From a virus: 64,000 nt of DNA. The notes below the pieces were generated by a model that was not told the DNA's origin, searched no databases, and saw nothing but the letters and a program-made list of their open reading frames with translations. The first letter of the stretch is position 1. Each line of letters begins with the position of its first letter. This document shows positions 47,831 through 57,045 of the stretch, one piece after another. Location of the stretch: IMG/VR virus record IMGVR_UViG_3300043438_001827, positions 40,749 to 104,748 of that record; one strand, written 5' to 3'. The position numbers and the translations under genes were made by a program.

Positions 47831-48229
47831 ATGTCAGAAAAACTAAACCCATGGATCTATAATGCAGAAGTTAAAAAGATAGTTGATGGCGATACATTTG
47901 ATATTCTTATTGACCTAGGATTTGATACTTTTAGAAAAGGTAGAGTAAGACTATATGGCGTAAATACCCCAGAGAGTCGCACTACAAATCTTGAGGAAAA
48001 GAAGATGGGCCTTGCCGCTAAAGAGTTTACTGATCAGTGGATCACTGCTGCCGGTCACAAGATTAAAATAGAAACAATTCTTGATAAAAATGAAAAATAT
48101 GGAAGAATACTTGCTAGAGTATGGAACGAAGCAGGAGCTTGTCTTAATGCAGACATAGTTACTGCAGGATTAGCCAGAGAATACTTTGGCGTAGGCGACA
48201 AGACATTTCAGGAATTCAAGAAAGCATAA
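47831..48229 (+). CDS. thermonuclease (SNase-like)
   Basis: KIVDGDT, VRLYGVNTPE, KYGRILA, LN..IV.AGLA. Confidence 0.9.
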   Translation: MSEKLNPWIYNAEVKKIVDGDTFDILIDLGFDTFRKGRVRLYGVNTPESRTTNLEEKKMGLAAKEFTDQWITAAGHKIKIETILDKNEKYGRILARVWNEAGACLNADIVTAGLAREYFGVGDKTFQEFKKA

Positions 48230-48231
48230 CA

Positions 48232-48636
48232 GTGCAAACATTTTTACCATATCCAGATTTAGTAAAATCAGTTAAAGTATTAGATTATCGTCGGTTAGGA
48301 AAACAACGTGTTGAAACATTTCAAGTTCTTAATATATTACTCGAAAGAACGCCTACAAAAGGTTGGCGCAACCACCCTGTCACTCGTATGTGGACTGGTT
48401 ACGAAGAAGCATTAAAGTTATATCAAAACTATACTATCCTTGAATGGATAGACAGAGGGTATAACAATAATATGAAGTTTGAAAATATAGACCATTCAAA
48501 TATAGTCTACCCAACTTGGTTTGGACAAGATGAGTTTCATAGATCACATAGATCTAATCTCCTAAGAAAAGATTACGAATATTATTCTGAATACTTTGAC
48601 GAACCAGTAGATTTAGAGTATCATTGGCCAGTATGA
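48232..48636 (+). CDS. MSMEG_6728-family / pyrimidine-dimer glycosylase-like protein
   Basis: MQTFLPY, LDYRRLGKQRVE, GWRNHP..RMW.GY, HRSHRSNLLRKD...YHWP. Confidence 0.8.
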   Translation: MQTFLPYPDLVKSVKVLDYRRLGKQRVETFQVLNILLERTPTKGWRNHPVTRMWTGYEEALKLYQNYTILEWIDRGYNNNMKFENIDHSNIVYPTWFGQDEFHRSHRSNLLRKDYEYYSEYFDEPVDLEYHWPV

Positions 48637-49037
48637 GTATTACAGTTTATTTAGCAGGGGCCATGGACTATGTTGGCGATTATGCAAAGGGATGGCGACA
48701 AGAAGCAACTTTTATGTTAACTCAAAGAGGCTATAGCGTTTTAGACCCAACTTCTATACCAGAAGAATCTGCTATGTCACCTGACGAAATAGTCCATAAA
48801 AATACTTTTATGCAAAAAAGATCCGACATCCTACTTGTTGAATACATGCTAGAAGATAGAGCATATATAGGGACAGACTATGAGATGGCTTGGGCAAAAA
48901 ATAACGATCAACCAACGGTTGTAATGTGCTCTAATCAAAATAAAGATCGCCCGTACATGCGTTATATGTCTACTAAGATAGTAGATAACATAGAAGATGC
49001 TGTAGAATATATAGCTGTACATTACCCAATCAATTAA
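48633..49037 (+). CDS. nucleoside 2-deoxyribosyltransferase / nucleotide N-hydrolase-like protein
   Basis: VYLAG, WR, DP, SDILLV and GTDYEMAWA motifs. Confidence 0.75.
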   Translation: MSITVYLAGAMDYVGDYAKGWRQEATFMLTQRGYSVLDPTSIPEESAMSPDEIVHKNTFMQKRSDILLVEYMLEDRAYIGTDYEMAWAKNNDQPTVVMCSNQNKDRPYMRYMSTKIVDNIEDAVEYIAVHYPIN

Positions 49038-49048
49038 AAGGAAGAAAA

Positions 49049-50059
49049 ATGAAAAAAAGAGTATTACTCACAGGTGCTGGTGGCTTTGTAGGTCATCATA
49101 CATTAGAGCATATTTTCAAAACAACAGATTGGGATGTAGTTATCACTGACTCTTTCCGTCATCGTGGAGTGACAGACAGAATTACTTCCATTAATTCTTG
49201 GGAAGCGAACAGACACCGTGTTCAGCTTGTCACGCACGATCTTACTGTACCTTTCTCTGACGTAATGATAAAAGATATTGGACACATTGATTATATTATT
49301 TCTATGGCTTCAGATTCACACGTAGATAGATCAATTACAGACCCAGCTCCATTTATCATGAACAACGTAGCACTCGTTGTTAACATGCTAGAGCTTGCAC
49401 GTAAAATTAAACCAGAAGCATTCTTACACGTCTCAACAGATGAAGTGTATGGACCCGCTCCAAAGGGTTATGCTCACAAGGAATGGGACACCATCCTTCC
49501 ATCTAATCCATACTCTGGATCAAAAGCCGCACAAGAAGCAGCGTGTATATCTTACTGGCGTACCTTTGGCGTTCCAGTAATCATTACTAACACCATGAAT
49601 ATTATTGGTGAGCGTCAGGATCCTGAAAAGTTTATTCCAAAGATTATGTATTGTCTTGAGAAGGATATCCCAATGACAATTCATGGCACTCCTGAGAATG
49701 TTGGATCAAGATTCTACTTGCACGCAAGAAACCAAGCAGATGCTTTAGTCTTTATCTTAAATAATCTTCCTGCAATAGATTATCCAAATTCAGATCGACC
49801 AGACAAATATCATATTGTTGGCGAAAGAGAAATCGATAATCTCGAGATGGCGGAACTTGTAGCAGAGTATTGGGGTAAAGAACTCAAGTTTAAGTTTGAA
49901 GACTTTCATACAACAAGACCAGGACACGATCTTCGCTATGCATTAGATGGAACAAAGCTAGCAAATGCCGGATGGGTTCCCCCAATGCCATTAGAAAAGT
50001 CTTTAGAGCTAACAATAGAGTGGACTAAACAAAATCCACAGTGGCTTTGGAGAGATTGA
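49049..50059 (+). CDS. NAD-dependent sugar-nucleotide dehydratase (dTDP-glucose 4,6-dehydratase-like)
   Basis: TGAGGFVG, SHVDRSI, HVSTDEVYG, PYSGSK, RPGHDLRYALD. Confidence 0.88.
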   Translation: MKKRVLLTGAGGFVGHHTLEHIFKTTDWDVVITDSFRHRGVTDRITSINSWEANRHRVQLVTHDLTVPFSDVMIKDIGHIDYIISMASDSHVDRSITDPAPFIMNNVALVVNMLELARKIKPEAFLHVSTDEVYGPAPKGYAHKEWDTILPSNPYSGSKAAQEAACISYWRTFGVPVIITNTMNIIGERQDPEKFIPKIMYCLEKDIPMTIHGTPENVGSRFYLHARNQADALVFILNNLPAIDYPNSDRPDKYHIVGEREIDNLEMAELVAEYWGKELKFKFEDFHTTRPGHDLRYALDGTKLANAGWVPPMPLEKSLELTIEWTKQNPQWLWRD

Positions 50060-50079
50060 TTAAAAAGTTTTCCTACAAG

Positions 50080-50108
50080 TTGATTCAATCGACTCATACT
50101 GATATAAT
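50080..50108 (+). promoter_or_regulatory. sigma70/SigA-type promoter with extended -10
   Basis: TTGATT-17 bp-TATAAT with TG at the extended -10 position. Confidence 0.7.
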
Positions 50109-50157
50109 TAAACCGTCATATTAATTGGCTTAACAGTCACAAACAAAAGGAAAATAA

Positions 50158-50340
50158 ATGTCAGATAATAAGTTCAAGTATTTTGAGGTTACTACAACTG
50201 CTCTTGTAAAGGCTAGCTCAAAAGCTGATGCAGAAAAGTTGGCCATGGGCCGTCGTGGCATCACTGGCGAAGTTCTCTCTAAGCACACAGAGATTGATCG
50301 TATTTCGGCTATCGATGCTCGTGAGATGCTAGAAGCCTAA
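50158..50340 (+). CDS. small 60-aa protein in its own transcription unit
   Basis: AAGGA RBS; dedicated promoter upstream and terminator downstream. Confidence 0.75.
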   Translation: MSDNKFKYFEVTTTALVKASSKADAEKLAMGRRGITGEVLSKHTEIDRISAIDAREMLEA

Positions 50341-50355
50341 TCCAATGTTTGCTGG

Positions 50356-50389
50356 AAAAGTAGGGGGAATATCCCCCTACTTTTTCTTT
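50356..50389 (+). terminator. intrinsic terminator
   Basis: gtaggggga-ata-tccccctac stem followed by tttttcttt. Confidence 0.8.
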
Positions 50390-50403
50390 ACTAAAGAGGT
50401 TAT

Positions 50404-51096
50404 ATGATAATTGCACAAATAGTTGGAAGAAATGAATCCAACAGATATTTAGAAGAAGTTTTAGAAAGATTATCTACTCAAGTAGATAAAATAGTTTTTA
50501 CAGACGACTGCTCAACCGATAACACACCCCAGATTGCCTCGAAGTACTGTGAAGTATTTCAGACTGAATCTCCTTTATTTACAGAACACGAAGGAAAGTT
50601 AAGAGCTTTTGCTTGGGGTAATCTGGAGAATGTTGCGTCTTTAGGTGATTGGGTTTTAGCAATAGATTGTGACGAGCTGCTCTATCATTCATCCGAAGCA
50701 GATCTAAGAGATGTAGTAAAAGTTTCTCCTTATGATGTCATAAATATAAAGTTTTATCATATGTGGAATGAAACTCAATATAGAATAGATAAGGCTTGGG
50801 CTCCTACTAATAGCTCTAGACTATTCAGATATCAGTCTGGTGGTGGTTTTATAAACAGAAAACTGGCTTGTGGTTCTGAACCAAATTATGTAGTTGATTG
50901 GGTCAGACAAAGAAATTATTGGGCAGACTCTGGATTAATGATGAAGCATCTTGGTTATGTAAAAGACGAAGACAAGCAGGCTAAGTACGAAAGATACTCT
51001 ACTTTAGACGGTGGTGAGTTTCATAACATCAATCATATCAATTCAATAATAGATACAAATCCAGCACTTATAAATTGGGGAAATTTCGGTATATAA
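50404..51096 (+). CDS. glycosyltransferase family 2-like
   Basis: GRNE..RYL, DDCSTDNT, WVLAIDCDE, HLGY. Confidence 0.8.
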   Translation: MIIAQIVGRNESNRYLEEVLERLSTQVDKIVFTDDCSTDNTPQIASKYCEVFQTESPLFTEHEGKLRAFAWGNLENVASLGDWVLAIDCDELLYHSSEADLRDVVKVSPYDVINIKFYHMWNETQYRIDKAWAPTNSSRLFRYQSGGGFINRKLACGSEPNYVVDWVRQRNYWADSGLMMKHLGYVKDEDKQAKYERYSTLDGGEFHNINHINSIIDTNPALINWGNFGI

Positions 51097-51097
51097 A

Positions 51098-51784
51098 ATG
51101 ATTATATTAAATAACGCAAAAACAATTACAACATTAACAGAAAAGATGAATAGCAAAGAAAAATTTGCTCTTATCAACTTCCCTAGATCTTCTCTCATGG
51201 CTATGGGTAACTCTATAAATGGAGACAAGAGACCTAACAAGTCTTTTACTAGATCTATACAAAATTCATTCAATATTGTCGATAAAAACTACATGAAAGG
51301 CTTGCCACCAGCTTTTATCTATTCTGGAGAAGAAGATAATTTATCAAATTTTTCTCAAGTATTAAAAGATGAGACATACTATGATTCAACTACCCTAGAA
51401 CAATATTATAGTTCTGATGAATCAATCTTTAACTCATTTACTAATCATTACATCAGAGATAGTTCTTTTATAGTTGTAAGCTTTCATGATAAAAAAATAA
51501 TAAACAAGATGCTTGGCAATCCTGTTGATGTTATTAATGTTCCTTATAATGACTTCTATGATAAAGTTGACTCGATCTTCTCTTCAATAGAAAAATTTGA
51601 TGGTAAGGTTGATTATTGTTTATTCGATTGTCCTCTTCTTTCATCTGCTCTTCCAGCTAAAATATGGAACGAGCTTAACATGTCAATGATAGATCTAGGC
51701 AAAGTATTCTCTTTTGCAAGAACTAATTATCTTAATAAAATGAGAGAAAAAGAAAATGAAAAGAAAGATAGATACAGAAATTGA
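51098..51784 (+). CDS. hypothetical protein, possibly glycosyltransferase-related
   Basis: 228-aa ORF next to a GT2 gene; the C-terminal MIDLGKVF weakly recalls GT-D/DUF1792-type proteins. Confidence 0.45.
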   Translation: MIILNNAKTITTLTEKMNSKEKFALINFPRSSLMAMGNSINGDKRPNKSFTRSIQNSFNIVDKNYMKGLPPAFIYSGEEDNLSNFSQVLKDETYYDSTTLEQYYSSDESIFNSFTNHYIRDSSFIVVSFHDKKIINKMLGNPVDVINVPYNDFYDKVDSIFSSIEKFDGKVDYCLFDCPLLSSALPAKIWNELNMSMIDLGKVFSFARTNYLNKMREKENEKKDRYRN

Positions 51785-52400
51785 TGATGATCTTTTTCTT
51801 ATAGATCTTCTTTTAGATTCTAATTTATCTTTGCCTGAAATAGCCAAAGAACTTGATGTTTCAATTAAAGATTTAAATAAAAAAATAAATCATTTAGGTC
51901 TTAATTGGATTAAACAACAAAAGAAAAAAACATCAAGAGGTCAGGCAGCTTTGACTTCTGTAATGAAAAAACTTCTTCCTAATGAAAAGATTATTAACGA
52001 ATATCATTTAGGGGATAGATTAAGACTAGACGTTTATTGTCCTAGTTATAAACTGGCTGCAGAGTTTCACGGTAGACAACATTTTTATTATACCGAAAGA
52101 TTCTTTGATTCTAAATATGATTTTGAAGAAGCTCAAAAAAGAGATGTTATCAAAATGCAAATGTGTAAAGATCAAGGTATAGCTCTTGTTGTATTTCGCT
52201 ACAATGATCTTTTGACAGAGGAGTCTGTATACTCTAGAATATTAACCGCAATTAGAGATAGTCAATGGAAAGAAAAAGAGCCTAATCCATTAAAGAAGAA
52301 AGTAACTGATAGTGAATTTTATCAGGAGCAAAAAAGAAAAAAAAGCGAACAGAATAAAAAGCTCTACAGAGAAATGAAGCAGAGAAAGAAAAACCAATGA
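51756..52400 (+). CDS. HTH plus restriction-like (Vsr/DUF559-type) endonuclease
   Basis: SLPEIAKELDVS HTH; LRLDVY...LAAEFHGRQHF...RD..K...C...GIALVVFRY. Confidence 0.7.
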   Translation: MKRKIDTEIDDDLFLIDLLLDSNLSLPEIAKELDVSIKDLNKKINHLGLNWIKQQKKKTSRGQAALTSVMKKLLPNEKIINEYHLGDRLRLDVYCPSYKLAAEFHGRQHFYYTERFFDSKYDFEEAQKRDVIKMQMCKDQGIALVVFRYNDLLTEESVYSRILTAIRDSQWKEKEPNPLKKKVTDSEFYQEQKRKKSEQNKKLYREMKQRKKNQ

Positions 52401-53848
52401 CAGACCAAGATACTGATATACAAGAATATCCTATTGAATATCAATTATTTGCTCTTTCATTTAAGGATCCAGGAGCTATTGAATTTTTTAAAGAACATAT
52501 AGATCCAAGCGAAGTTGGTTTTATACATAATCAAAAGGGTATTGGTGAATTCTACGAAGCTATTTTATCTTTCCATGATTTAACAAAATTGGACCTAGTT
52601 GATCCAGTAGCTTTTAAGACCTGGTTAGAATCAGAAACCAATATACACACTGCACTTGGTGGATCAGCTGGTGTCGACTCAATGATGGATACTTTGGTCA
52701 AGCTAGAACTATCAAATAAAGAATCAGTATCTAAGATAATAAACCACAAAGCATCGAAAAGAAAACAGTTAGATTACTTAGAGGAACTTAAACATCTTGT
52801 TTTAAATAAGGGGATAAAAAGTGATCAAGAGATTGAAAGAATCAATAGCCTAGCTTCTTCAATACGTGACTTAGAGAATACGACTGAGTACAATCCACTA
52901 GATACTGTCACCACTGCTACTCAGATGGTAAATAGGGTAGATGACCTACTTAACGTACCAGACTTCATGCCTACGCAATTTAAGGCCCTTAATAGGGCTA
53001 TGGGGTACACTGATGAGGGAGGCTTCTTCAAAGGGGCCGTACACGCTATCATAGCACCCTCTGGCAAGGGTAAGAGTACGTTTGCCAAGTGCCTAGTTAA
53101 CCACTGGGTCAGTACAGGCTATAGGGCTTTGTATGTCAATTTCGAGGAAGCACAATCCCACTGGGAGAGAGTATTGATGACCCAAGTGATTGGGCAGAAC
53201 GTGTACGCCAATGCTGACAGATGGTCAGTTGAGGAGAAGCTAAAATACTCAAACCTTTTCAAGTCTAGATTATTAGAATGGGGAGACAGATTAATGGTTA
53301 AACATGATCCCGATACTCCTTACTTCGAAGATCTAGAAAAATGGCTTAGAGATATCTTGGGCCATGGTAAAGATATACCAGATGTAATAGTTATAGATAC
53401 GATTCAGTCTATGTTTACCAAAGGAAAAGGTAAAGCTCGTTGGGGTGAATTCGAAGAGATGATGGTTCGACTTGAAAAGTTGGCTAGAGATATGAATTGC
53501 GTTCTTATCATTACTGCTCAAGAGAATTCAAATAGAATGAAAGAAAAACGAGAAGTTGTGCAGCAATCTGATACCGGTGGATCTTTAGCTATTCAACAAA
53601 AATGTGCAGTAACAATATTTATTACAGAAAAAAGATTAGTTAGTGGCGATGAAACTGAAGACGACACAGTCATGCAATTGCAAATCCCCAAAAACAGAAT
53701 TACTGGATCTACTTTCGTTTACGATCCTCCTCTAGTTAGATATGTTGATTCTAGAAAATCATATGAAGACTACGAAATAGTTACTGAAGAATCCTATGAG
53801 TCTAATTCTATACTAGATGATTTATTAAATGGAGGTATGTTAAGCTAA
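52397..53848 (+). CDS. DnaB-like SF4 replicative helicase
   Basis: Walker A APSGKGKS, NFEE, Walker B IVIDT, TAQ, KNR. Confidence 0.85.
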   Translation: MTDQDTDIQEYPIEYQLFALSFKDPGAIEFFKEHIDPSEVGFIHNQKGIGEFYEAILSFHDLTKLDLVDPVAFKTWLESETNIHTALGGSAGVDSMMDTLVKLELSNKESVSKIINHKASKRKQLDYLEELKHLVLNKGIKSDQEIERINSLASSIRDLENTTEYNPLDTVTTATQMVNRVDDLLNVPDFMPTQFKALNRAMGYTDEGGFFKGAVHAIIAPSGKGKSTFAKCLVNHWVSTGYRALYVNFEEAQSHWERVLMTQVIGQNVYANADRWSVEEKLKYSNLFKSRLLEWGDRLMVKHDPDTPYFEDLEKWLRDILGHGKDIPDVIVIDTIQSMFTKGKGKARWGEFEEMMVRLEKLARDMNCVLIITAQENSNRMKEKREVVQQSDTGGSLAIQQKCAVTIFITEKRLVSGDETEDDTVMQLQIPKNRITGSTFVYDPPLVRYVDSRKSYEDYEIVTEESYESNSILDDLLNGGMLS

Positions 53849-54639
53849 TGAAATTAGTAACACCAAATTCAATCAAAGATTTTAAAACTTGTTCTTTACT
53901 ATTTAACTATAGACATGAACAACAACTGCCAGAGACAATAGGTGGTCGTGATTTATTAAGTGAAAGATTTGAAAATACAATAAAAGATATTGTATATTTT
54001 TTCTTTTACAAAAAACAAGGAGGGTATACGCCCTCTTATGCCTCCCTCTTAAATAGATGGGAAAAGCTATGGTTTTCAAAAGATATATCAGCTTACGATA
54101 TTATGACAGAACAGCACGAAAGCGCCTATGGTAATAACGCCAGTTTAACCAGTAAAGCTGCTAATATACTTCTTTCTTTTCATGAACATTTTTCCGATTC
54201 ATCCTTTATACCCATAGCTATTAACGAAGAATTCGTTTTCCCTATAAGTAAAGATGTAAAGATAAAAGACAAATTTGATATTATATTATATAAAGATAAT
54301 AATTATTATGTAATTAAGTTAATGTTTAACTATAAAAATAATCATCAGCATATGAATCAAATTGATTTTACAACTATTTATTCAGCGTTTTCTCACAAAA
54401 ACCCTACAAGAATTTCTAGACTTAAAGTTGGCTATTGTGACTTAGCCAGCCAAAGTGCACAGTTTAATGAATATGAAATTCTAGAAGATGACGTTAATTC
54501 ATTAAAGTTTTGGTGCGATGAGATATTCAACACCGAAAAATTTATTCCAAGAAGAGGATTAACTTGGTATTGTAAAAAATGCCCATTCGATACCCCTTGC
54601 TCAAAATGGAAACCTGAGAAAAAAATTAATAATGGATGA
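53848..54639 (+). CDS. PD-(D/E)XK / Cas4-like nuclease-fold protein (catalytic motif looks degenerate)
   Basis: N-terminal KDFKTC and C-terminal CKKCPFDTPC Fe-S-type cysteines. Confidence 0.6.
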   Translation: MKLVTPNSIKDFKTCSLLFNYRHEQQLPETIGGRDLLSERFENTIKDIVYFFFYKKQGGYTPSYASLLNRWEKLWFSKDISAYDIMTEQHESAYGNNASLTSKAANILLSFHEHFSDSSFIPIAINEEFVFPISKDVKIKDKFDIILYKDNNYYVIKLMFNYKNNHQHMNQIDFTTIYSAFSHKNPTRISRLKVGYCDLASQSAQFNEYEILEDDVNSLKFWCDEIFNTEKFIPRRGLTWYCKKCPFDTPCSKWKPEKKINNG

Positions 54640-54805
54640 AGATTTTCAACTAGGTTTTATATTAAACTTAGAAAGAACTGAAAAGATAATTGAAATATCA
54701 CATGTGTTTGATAAATCTCCAGAACAGTTTATCAATGATATAATAGATTCAACCTATAAGAAAATAGAAGCACTAACACTAGAATGGGATCAAGATGACG
54801 AGTAA
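54632..54805 (+). CDS. small hypothetical protein (57 aa)
   Basis: Fills the gap and overlaps both neighbours. Confidence 0.5.
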   Translation: MDEDFQLGFILNLERTEKIIEISHVFDKSPEQFINDIIDSTYKKIEALTLEWDQDDE

Positions 54806-55490
54806 AAATAAATCAATATTAGATGATCTATTAAGTGACGAACCCATATTCAATTCAAATGAAGAAGAAGATAAGGTACTTAAACCACTTTTAGATGAAA
54901 TAAACATGATAGATAATTTAAATATAAAATTATTTACTAGATCTGTTCTTCTGCAAGCTAAAATGTTCTGGGTTATACCCTCTAGTTTTTCTGGCAAGTA
55001 TCATCCACCAGACGAGCATAATGGTGGCGGAAACGTTTTGCACACAAAGAGAGTCGTTAGGGCAGCTAAAGTCATATCTGATTCATATTCCTTAACGTCT
55101 TCAGAGAGAGATCTTGTTTTTTCTGCTTGCTTACTACATGATGTGACTAAAGGTGTTGGAGACGAATCCTGTTCTGACCCAACAAGTTTTACATACGACC
55201 CACTGCATCCGTATACTGTTGGTAATTTTGTAAAGAAATGCCAAGAAAACGATAGAAAGTATACCTCAGAAGCTAATTCATCAACCCTTTATATAGATGA
55301 AGAGACAGTGCAATCAATTCTTAGACTAGTACGATGCCATATGGGCCCATGGTCTCCTGTCCCTGAAACTGTTCCAGTTACTTATCTGGACATGATTGTT
55401 CATTTGGCGGATAATATGGCTTCAAAACTTCACTATATAGTTGACGGAGATAACGTATTAAAGGAAAGATGGATTTTAGAAAGCCAATAA
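54795..55490 (+). CDS. HD-domain phosphohydrolase
   Basis: PSS.SGKYHP, GG..LHTKRV, LLHD..KG, HMG, HLAD. Confidence 0.8.
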   Translation: MTSKNKSILDDLLSDEPIFNSNEEEDKVLKPLLDEINMIDNLNIKLFTRSVLLQAKMFWVIPSSFSGKYHPPDEHNGGGNVLHTKRVVRAAKVISDSYSLTSSERDLVFSACLLHDVTKGVGDESCSDPTSFTYDPLHPYTVGNFVKKCQENDRKYTSEANSSTLYIDEETVQSILRLVRCHMGPWSPVPETVPVTYLDMIVHLADNMASKLHYIVDGDNVLKERWILESQ

Positions 55491-55491
55491 T

Positions 55492-55659
55492 ATGAATAGT
55501 GATGAAATTATTTCAGCTAGAATGATTGCTATAGAAAATATGGAGTTTTATATTAAAGAATCTATTTATTATAGATCCTATAGTGAACACATGAACAGCG
55601 AAAACAAACTCATAGTTTGGAATATAAAAGAAGATTTGGGAAAAACGCAAATAAAATGA
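55492..55659 (+). CDS. small hypothetical protein (55 aa)
   Basis: ATG 55492 to TGA 55659; ATGA overlap with the primase gene. Confidence 0.5.
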   Translation: MNSDEIISARMIAIENMEFYIKESIYYRSYSEHMNSENKLIVWNIKEDLGKTQIK

Positions 55660-56852
55660 AAATCTCATCAAAAAATGAATTTTATTCTCAATGGAAATAT
55701 GTTGAACTAGCAAGATATGTAACATCCCTTAAGAGAGTTATCAGAGAAAAAGACAAAGACGGAACCATGCTGTACGAGTACCGTAGGGTTAATTCTTACG
55801 CACAAAAATATAACAATACGGGAATATATACATCCATATGGAGATTTAACTCAGAAGACTTAACATCTGCTGTTAGATTTGGTTCTTTGTATTTTGATAT
55901 AGATAATGAAGATATGCAGATTTCTTATAGCGAAGTAAAAAAGTTATATTCTTATTTAAATCAGTTCATACCAGAACAATCTATAATTGTTTACTTTACT
56001 GGGAAAAAGGGTTTCCACATAGAGTGTGAAGTTATTGCCTTGGGGATTAACCCGGGAAATAATCTTCCTATTATATTTAGACACATCGCTAATGATGTTA
56101 AGAATAAACTTGATCTATCTTCTTTAGATTTTAGCGTTTATGACCCTAGAAGAATGTGGAGACTTGAAGGTTCTAAGCACCAAGATACTGGTTTGTACAA
56201 GAATATAATTAGTAAAGAAATGCTATTCAGCGACATAGATGAAATTACATCTTATTGTAAAGATTATCATGAACCATTTGTAAATGATCAAGAATTTTCT
56301 CACTCAGCGAATGAATGGTACGCCGATTATGTAAGACAGGTTGATTCTGAAAAGAACAAGCCAAAGGATATATTTTCTCACTTTAATCAGTACGGTTCTT
56401 CTGGCAATAAAACTTTTAGCGAATCAGAAAAAGTATTTGAAAAAGAAAAACTACTTACTCAATGCAGCGCAATTAAAAAGTTAGAGCAACAAGCTAAAGA
56501 AAAACATTACTTAGAGCATGAGGCTAGATTATTTTTATGTTCTATATTGACTTATTCAGAAGAATCAGTCGAATATTTTCATGAAATCCTAAGCAATTGC
56601 GAAGACTATAATATATCTAAATCTTCAGCCCATATTAACGATTGGATAAAAAGAAGAGATATGGGCATTGGAGGAAGACCATATACTTGCGAAAGAGCAA
56701 ACTCTGTTGGAGTTGGATGTGGTGAATGTTCTTTAGAGCAAAAGAATAAATGGGTAAAAGTAAATGGAAAATTTATTGAAACGAATGAAAAGTCGTCACC
56801 ATCACCAGTACGTTTTGCATATTCAACAAAGAAGGAGGTAAATCATGAGTAA
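55656..56852 (+). CDS. archaeo-eukaryotic-type primase with PriL-like C-terminal domain
   Basis: LYFDID, FTGKKGFH, DPRRMWRL; C-terminal QC...HEARL...PYTC...CGEC. Confidence 0.8.
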   Translation: MKISSKNEFYSQWKYVELARYVTSLKRVIREKDKDGTMLYEYRRVNSYAQKYNNTGIYTSIWRFNSEDLTSAVRFGSLYFDIDNEDMQISYSEVKKLYSYLNQFIPEQSIIVYFTGKKGFHIECEVIALGINPGNNLPIIFRHIANDVKNKLDLSSLDFSVYDPRRMWRLEGSKHQDTGLYKNIISKEMLFSDIDEITSYCKDYHEPFVNDQEFSHSANEWYADYVRQVDSEKNKPKDIFSHFNQYGSSGNKTFSESEKVFEKEKLLTQCSAIKKLEQQAKEKHYLEHEARLFLCSILTYSEESVEYFHEILSNCEDYNISKSSAHINDWIKRRDMGIGGRPYTCERANSVGVGCGECSLEQKNKWVKVNGKFIETNEKSSPSPVRFAYSTKKEVNHE

Positions 56853-57045
56853 TCAAGAAGACGATGCAATTGGACTATGTTCCGAATGTAAATCAGATCA
56901 AATGGATAGTACAATGTTCAGAAGCGTTTTTGCACAGAACGGAACTCCTCCAGTCTGCAAATATTGTGGAGGAGTTGTAATCATAGTTATGAGATCGCAA
57001 AGACAACAAGCAATAAATCAGCTAGATAGAGAAAGAGGCCTCTAG
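56845..57045 (+). CDS. small zinc-ribbon protein
   Basis: CSEC...CKYCGG; AAGGAGG RBS. Confidence 0.7.
   Translation: MSNQEDDAIGLCSECKSDQMDSTMFRSVFAQNGTPPVCKYCGGVVIIVMRSQRQQAINQLDRERGL

Noticed and set aside
52880-53230. Locally GC-richer patches (helicase Walker A region; also about 18400-18800 and 31500-31700)
   Set aside because: Reading frames are continuous and no boundaries or repeats are evident; cannot be separated from ordinary codon variation without computation.
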